Assembly: GCA_032718475.1 (NCBI GenBank)
Contig: JAUCBJ010008028.1
Location: forward strand, 1-42,953
Reading direction: 5' to 3'
Origin: Nemertoderma westbladi
Taxonomy: Eukaryota; Animalia; Xenacoelomorpha
DNA length: 42,953 bases
Part shown: piece after piece, positions 35,691-42,953 of the stretch
How the letters are laid out: each line of letters starts with the position of its first letter
Numbering within the stretch: the first letter of the stretch is position 1
The notes under the pieces: model-generated
The model's input: only the letters and a program-made list of their open reading frames with translations
Database searches by the model: none
What the model was told of the DNA's origin: nothing
Translations under genes and position numbers: made by a program

Positions 35691-36183
35691 GCTGCAGCTT
35701 GGTCTAGTGGTGACATTCCTGGGCATCCAATTAGGAGGCCCTGGTTCGATCCCTACATGGGGCAGCACAGTTTGGGAACAGTGCTTTGAATGCCGCATCC
35801 TAACCCAACCCAGGCTGTCATTCTTGACTGGTAGATAAATATAACTTTCGTTGGCACATGTTTCAAAGTCGGCAATGACGTCCAGATGGGATCGAACTGG
35901 TGACCTGACACCGGAAGTCTGACACTCTAACCATTCAGCTAGCGGCTCAGGTAAAAGATAGACCTGGAAATACTATCTACTGATACCCTGTATGTCGGCC
36001 ATTTACCACCTCATGGCCTCCCATCTGCAATACCATACCATCATCTGCTGCCACTGTGCACAAATCGATAAATGAGAACCAAGATGACTTGGGATACTTG
36101 GGAAGGGTCCACTTTAGATGACCCATGGTGGTCAACCATAGGAATTCCTTGACTTAATGAGTCTAAAAGATTCTCCCATTCAT
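35691..36183 (+). mobile_element. tRNA-derived SINE (unexpanded relative of 13013-17036) with an internal insertion
   Basis: Same A/B boxes, body and tail; a single diverged copy of the 63-bp unit at ~36091-36150; insert at 35841-36066. Confidence 0.8.
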
Positions 36184-37699
36184 TTATATAAAATTAGCCA
36201 CTGGCGGAACTATTGATTGCCCTATGAATTGTGAAATTCATGTTAAGTTTAGAAATCACAATTTTTCTGGTACGAAATTGCCCCGTTGGCATGTTAGTCC
36301 GCACAAAGACGATTATATAATCCGAGCCGAGTTCGGCCCAAATGGGAACACCTACTCGCTACTCAGGCATAAATTATATGTAATACATATTGAAAAGATA
36401 TAGCTGAATACTAAGTTATTTTCGTTATTTTCGCTAGAGTTATTTTCGCATCGTTTTGGATTTCTTTAGCTCCAAAGTAAACACAAGGCGATTCGTAATA
36501 CATATTGAGTCAGATTGACATGAAAATTTCCAACATAACTGAATGATATTATTATATTTGTCAAAGAGATATATATATATTTAAAATTTAGCTTAAGGAA
36601 TTGGTCACTAATTTACCACCTTTCTAACGGTCACCTCCAACTAAAAACTAATTTAGACCCGGAAAATTCCCACAAAATTACATGTTCTTTTACTTAATTG
36701 AATAACTTCTAATTGAAAGCCTGTAGAATCTCAGGCAATGGTTCAAACAATTCCAAATTATTATCCATTGTTATGGATAATCAGCCACTAAAATTGCATT
36801 AAAATTGGAGTCTCTCCCCCCAATTAATGGCACACCTTGTTTACTGAGATATCCTCCAGATGTTAATAATAACACTCGTTTTTTTCACGTTTTTTTTAAC
36901 ATCTTTGTCATCTATCCTAGACACTTTAGATTACAGGACTTTAGATTTCACAAAACTCCACGAATTACTATATTAACTACTAACTTCTAGTACCACCACC
37001 AGCTTATTGGTACTGATCGCAGTGATTGGCAATGCCAACGACATAGATAGTTCACAACAGGGTGATATAAACCACTCGAAACCAGACTGGTAGTCTCCGA
37101 CTTTGAACAATTGTACGTGGGGGTGATTAGCGCTGGCCATTAAACGGACTGGTACCGCTGAAAACGCAATAAAGCGATCACTCTTATACCGCCACTACAA
37201 TGCAGATCGCCGACCCCGGCGTATAGCTAACTAAAATACAGATTACGTGAAGGCCTTTAAGGTATGACGTTCCAATGAAAAGGTTGGCCATAAAAAAATA
37301 GAAGAGTGAACGAGTTAGGCATTATAAGAGCTGTTAAAAATGGAAATCATATTTAGATATTTATTCATACGGGTGGAGATTATCATAGAGTACCGCGGGG
37401 GCCAATACAGGCCACATTTGGCGTTTTGGGGTCGTAAAAATTTATTACCTATGATTGGGTTAGCTAGTGTACTGGAGTGTGTCAGGGACAAGATTTGGGC
37501 CCGGGAGAGTTTGTTGTGTAACTGATCACCCGTCACAATGCAGGTAGTACCTGTATACAGCTGGCACTGATTAACCTTATCTATTACTGCTGTAATCATT
37601 GATAAAAAAAAACTATAAAGGTTTACTAATCAAGGATTGATTTCTTAGATCACAAAGGCTGGGGTAATTACCACTCCCAGGAGGACATCCAAATCGTAT

Positions 37700-37825
37700 T
37701 TACCAATTGGTTGGAGGGGCTTCTTGGTGTTGGCCAATCGCGTGGCTTGCCGAACTAAGGCTTGGGCCAATAGCAAGACGAATAGAGAAGAACTTTACTG
37801 AGGATTCGAAGAATTTATATACCAT
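37700..37825 (+). promoter_or_regulatory. Putative Evx core promoter: three CCAAT boxes and a TATA-like element
   Basis: CCAAT at ~37703, ~37734 and ~37767 (about 32-bp spacing) then TTTATATA at ~37814, ~190 bp before the ATG. Confidence 0.5.
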
Positions 37826-38003
37826 CACCAACTTTTAGAATGGCTCACACACTAAGGAAAATGTACTGCAAGGTTCTCCTAAACTTTATAAAAAACTTGT
37901 TACATTATTTAGTCTCGGCAGTAAGAAATTAGCTTTCCCGGTGGACAAACAACTATCATACATATCATTCAAATACAGATTAGGTCTGTCATTTCATATC
38001 TCC

Positions 38004-41000
38004 ATGGCAACTACAAACATTGCAGCAGAGAGTTCGGAATCCCGCCGATTGGGGCGTCATTACGTATCGGTGTCGGAGACGGCTGAGGACGACTCACTGG
38101 ACGACTCGCAACGCCGGTACCGCACGGCGTTCAGTCGGCAGCAACTGCAGCGGTTGGAACGGGAGTTCGTTAAGGAGAACTACGTATCGCGACCCAAGAG
38201 ATGCGAACTCGCCTCCTCTCTTAGTCTACCGGAAACTACCATAAAGGTTGATATATTATTTAATTTTTGCTTCATGTAACCACTTATTTACATTTCTTGA
38301 AATATTTATTAACAAATAATTATTAATTAATAATTATTTATTACATATGAAAAAAGTATAATTTGTTTTCACTATTCTCGAAGTATTTTATTTACCGAAA
38401 CTCAGCGAGGTTAAAAATGGAATTTAAAAAATATAATAATATTAACAATATTGAAAAAAATGTTCCACATTTTTTCCCATGTAATATAATATAATTTTAG
38501 CTAAACATATAAACGTTTAGCTACCCGGGATCGGCGGCCGCACTAAGGCGGCACCTAACTCATCACACTAGCACTTAGCTAAGTTATTAACTCAAGTCGA
38601 GACAAGATAGAGATGACCCAGAACACGTTCGTGGGGCCTTCGCGCACACATAAACGTTTTATGTACCAAGTTAGGTTCAATTTCATCGAAGATTGACAGA
38701 CTTATTAGCGTTTAAACATTTTATACAACGACGACGACAACAGACGGATACCTGATTATAGAACTATAAAAAGCTGTAAAGAATATCCCAGGACTCAAGG
38801 ATCTTATGGGCGAGTCCAAAGCCTTGAAGAAGTCTACAAAGATGATGTCTAGACCATCAACCATCATCTTTACACTATAATTGTTGCATTGAAGCTGCAC
38901 ATTGAGATGCATAATGCTGGCTTAACAAAAATATTTTGTCACCCCCGTGCAATCCACAATTGGCAAGCCCAATGCAGCGTGCATTAAGAATGCTGTGCCG
39001 GCTTATCAACAAAGTTGCACCGCCACAACTCCCTATCACCCATGATTTTCGCGAGATTATCTGCATCTTCAAGGCCAGTGTTCTAGAGATGTATTATATT
39101 ATATATTATATTATATTATATATAGAGATATATAACTGCTTGGAGATGTTTGCATTGTACTTGACCTATTCAACCGGTTCATCATTTTTGCTGTTTTATA
39201 TCTTTGCTGCAATCGCATTCAGGGAATGCATTCCTGTTTAACGATATGACGCGCAGGGTACAAGCAACCAACAATCTAATTTACTGTGCTGCACCCTTTC
39301 ACCCCATACACGGGGAAAGGGTTCAATAGTTTTAAGCATTCATGAATATTGAGTACCTCTATAATAACACCACAAATTTTAACAATTTAACATAAACTAC
39401 AGCTATTTCGACTCAGAAAGTATTGCATCATATCACCTGTGGGGATGTCTTCCGTGAGGATGTGGGAGAAATACCATTGATATAGCGAAGTCGACATAGT
39501 CAATTATTATTAACCCACTCAGTAGCGGTAGATTGTCTTACACTAGAACCTTTTGGTCAATTCTCTAACACACATACAATATTAAATATATAGTTAGTTA
39601 TACTGTATAACTAACTATATATTTTATAGTTAGGTAGTTATAGGTTGTTGTAGTTAGGTAGTTATTATATACTATATGAAAAAATTATCATCGAATTAGA
39701 ATCTAATAAACTTTTTTGAATGTATTAAAAGGTTATTGGAGTTTCAGAGCACAGTTTTTATTTTTTTACGGTGTTTGAAAAATTAGTGCAGTACAGTATT
39801 CTAGAATATTAAACACTTAAAAAAGTCAGAAATATAGCGGTTTTAGGGTTATTATGATTTTCGGGGTCAGTAAATTTAATGAAACACTATAAATATAAAT
39901 TCGCTCGGTAAAGCGAAATGTAAGATTACACAACCCAATTTGAACTTAACATGTGCCAACAGCCAGCACATTTCAAAGAATTGAAAATGGCTCAAATACA
40001 TTGATTTTCCGTTTATTAATGTGGCCATGGTAGCTGATATTAATGCAACATAAACCAATGTCGCTCAATAAACAGATGTTGAGGTCAGATCCCACCGCCC
40101 CTTTTGATCGCCCCTTGAATGCCACCTACACTGTACTTTTACATATCACATGATTTGTAGTTTGTGCTTTTGTGATGTAAAAGTACATAACTTTTCATTT
40201 ATTGTTCTTTAATTTTTGACAGCGAGTTCGAGTAGATCAAGGTCTCTAACCCTTACCGCATAAACACTTAATTTTCATAAAATCTTAATTACATCGATGA
40301 AACATAGAGATAGTTTAGCCTTCTTATTTGTGAGTAGCTGAATTATATTTGTAATATTGGACTATATATAAAAAATTTTCAAATGGATAGATATTATATC
40401 CTATAATAACTCATTCCATACGGATACCTGTCTAAGTATTAATTATTTTGTTCAGTGTCTGCAATAATTACAGCAACTAACACCTCCAGTAAAGAGGTGA
40501 ACCCACTACATTTTTTCTCATGTATTTTTTCAGGTTTGGTTCCAAAATCGTCGAATGAAAGACAAACGCCAGAGACAAGCGCTCCTCTGGCCCTACTTAG
40601 ACCCCTACTACTACGCCTACCTGGTGAGTCGGGGGATCATCCCGGTGACGTCACCACCCCCTGGTGGACTACCGGGGCTACCCGAAGTCACTCCGACTAT
40701 CGCGGAATACAGGAACAAACCCCCAACCCAAAGACTGGCGCCCCAGTTCCACCAATCAGGCGAGCTCCAGGCTGTGTTTGAATTTCCCGCGTTAGGTCGC
40801 GAGCCTTTGTTTCGAACTGGGGACTATACGTTCCCCGCTGGGTACCCCTCCTGTCACCCCGGGGTGCCTCTCCCCCCAGTACTGAACCCCCAGCCTATAG
40901 TTCCTATCCCCCTAGTTAACAAACACCAGTATTACCCAGGTAACACACAAAAGCGCCATACAGACTTCACTATGGATGCGATCATCGGCAACAAACAACA

Positions 41001-41097
41001 GAAAATGGACTGTGGCAGAACACTAAATGTAAATAACTCATCATTTGGTCAAGGGACATTGCCCGGTCATTTAGTAGTTGATTTCGCGCGGCAGTGA
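38004..41097 (+). CDS. evx: Even-skipped homeobox protein, 2 coding exons (38004-38246, 40534-41097), ~268 aa
   Basis: Spliced homeodomain [45 protein letters not shown]|[14 protein letters not shown], followed by the Evx-type WP..DP..Y.Y motif; phase-0 GT-AG intron. The start codon is uncertain. Confidence 0.95.
38500..38780. mobile_element. Possible short non-autonomous element in the Evx intron
   Basis: GC-rich hairpin-like start, taccaag..tttcatcgaagatt, short (GAC)n/acagacgg; resemblance to Helitron-derived short elements only. Confidence 0.3.
38810..39170 (-). mobile_element. Rearranged RTE-like LINE fragments (family A 3' end plus an RT motif) in the Evx intron
   Basis: Matches 26465-26665 and 26860-26890; adjacent [12 protein letters not shown] resembles the RT motif FVDF.KAFDS. 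Confidence 0.7.
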
Positions 41098-42497
41098 AAT
41101 GGGAGATTAAATAATAATAATCTAGAACAATTTTAATGGTGGGACATCCAAACTGAAGTTGGTGTTTATGAAAAATGATTATATTGTGGTGTATTTTAAT
41201 TTGCTCAGCAGAGTGATAGTGTATCAACCTCACGCATCAAAAAGTGTTGCGGGATGAATTATATTGACATATGGCAGCTCATTACATTGACAAATAAAAT
41301 ATAATAATATTAAAAATAACTGAATATATTTCCAAGTCGCTTTAAAGTGTTCCAATTAATTTTTTACAATTAATACCTTATTTAAATCAGTCACTTTTGT
41401 TGTACTACTATTTTAAATTGATAATATTATAAGCATTAAAAAATAGTTTAAATTAAAAAATAGATACTATATCATGTAGATAATCAAATAAATTCGTGTT
41501 AACTGATAAGGATACATTCTACCGGTATATACGAATACAGTTATATTAAATAAATTTATACAATACGAATATGAATTTTTGAGTTTATACTTACCAATGA
41601 TGCTTACTTACTATTAATTTATGTATACTTTATATCATTCTATATTATATGTTTTACGTGTATTTATTTTGTGCTTCGATGTGTACAATCGCTCTATTAT
41701 TACACATACAGATTAAATCTATTTATAATAACAGCAAACATGTTTCACACTTTAAAAGGGAAATTATCACATCACACCCCAAAATGCAAACGGACATACT
41801 GAATTCATATATCGGCCACACCACCGCTAGGATGTTCCTCGGCATTATTAAACCCGTGTCTTTCAGCAGCTGTTTTTGGGATGTCAATAGCTGACCAGAG
41901 CAAGATCACCCACAGGTTGATCAAATCTCTGAGTGACCGACAAATCCCATCCGTCGACCTTTAAACCCATTAAAACCCAAAGAACCCGAAACTTCCCAAT
42001 AAAAATATCCCAATTTAACATGACCTTATAGCGGATTTTCTATTATAATTTATATAACATTATTATCACACTTATACAAGTCAGTATGCACATATAATCA
42101 AAACCAGCTTCTAATCCAGCTTCTAAATCGTGTTACAATTCCGTAACAACTGGTGCTCAGACCCAGCGAAACTAAAAGGAAAGGTTCGAGAGAGTATTCC
42201 ACCATGGGAGTTAGTGTGGCGCACTCCTTGCCTTACAGATAACAGCCAAGAGCCTTCATACGGTGTTTCGTGTTTCATGTTCACCTATAACTTTACTTTA
42301 CTTTACTTCTATAACTCTTATACTATCCAATCAGAGCCCTTGAATGGGGGGGGGGGGGGGGGGGGGGGGGGAGTTGCAAATGATAAAATTAAAAAAAACA
42401 TAAACAAATCATTAATTTGAATAAATTTTAAAGTCTTTACTTAGAAAACTGCTGCTTGCTATATTACCAGCAGATGCAGATTGCAGTATAACAACTG

Positions 42498-42953
42498 TAC
42501 TACTACTAGGTCGAGCGAACTCGGACAGTGCAAATAAGATCCTTCCAGGCTTCCCGATTCTCCATAGTTGTCGCAATTGTATCCCTTTCAAGTTGATCTA
42601 TATATGTTATGGCCGGTCGTCCACGACTACTCTTTCCATGAGTTGGTTGCCAGAAAAGTAGATTTGGTATGACCTCGTCTTTACTTCGCCAGCAGTGCCC
42701 ACTGAATCGTAATCTGCGTTCACGGAGGGTGGTTGATACAGGTGGTATTGTACCATAAAGCTTGGCGTTTGTCATGTGTTGTCTCCAGCTGATGTGTAGG
42801 GCTGCCCTTAGTAGTCTTGTGTAACAACCATCAATTCGTTGTTCAAGTGATTTAGTCAGTGTCCAGGTCTCACCCCCGTATAAAAACTACAATTTCCACT
42901 GTGGCTCGAAAGAACTTAGTCTTCAGGTGCCTGGAGAGATCTGATTTCCAGAT
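42498..42953 (-). mobile_element. RTE-like LINE 3' fragment (family B)
   Basis: [19 protein letters not shown]...[11 protein letters not shown]...REAWK; (TAG)n tail; runs off the window. Confidence 0.85.

Overview
AT-rich animal (invertebrate-type) genomic DNA with spliceosomal introns. The backbone is the middle of a very large minus-strand gene for a spectrin-repeat rod protein (nesprin/MSP-300-like). I traced 22 phase-compatible exons from 35217 down to 3001 (~2200 aa), open at both ends. Its 13-kb intron (3980-17080) holds a 6-exon plus-strand SMYD (SET+MYND) methyltransferase gene. The last SMYD intron holds an intronless, divergent alpha-tubulin on the same strand, giving three levels of nesting. 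A two-exon Evx (even-skipped) homeobox gene at 38004-41097 probably sits in another intron of the same giant gene. Introns also carry tRNA-derived SINEs (two expanded internally into 63-bp and 36-bp minisatellites), RTE-like and CR1/L2-like LINE fragments, inverted-repeat elements, a 620-bp (GGTC)n tract and a CCHC zinc-knuckle ORF at the left edge. All calls were made by eye with no database search; the species is not identified.
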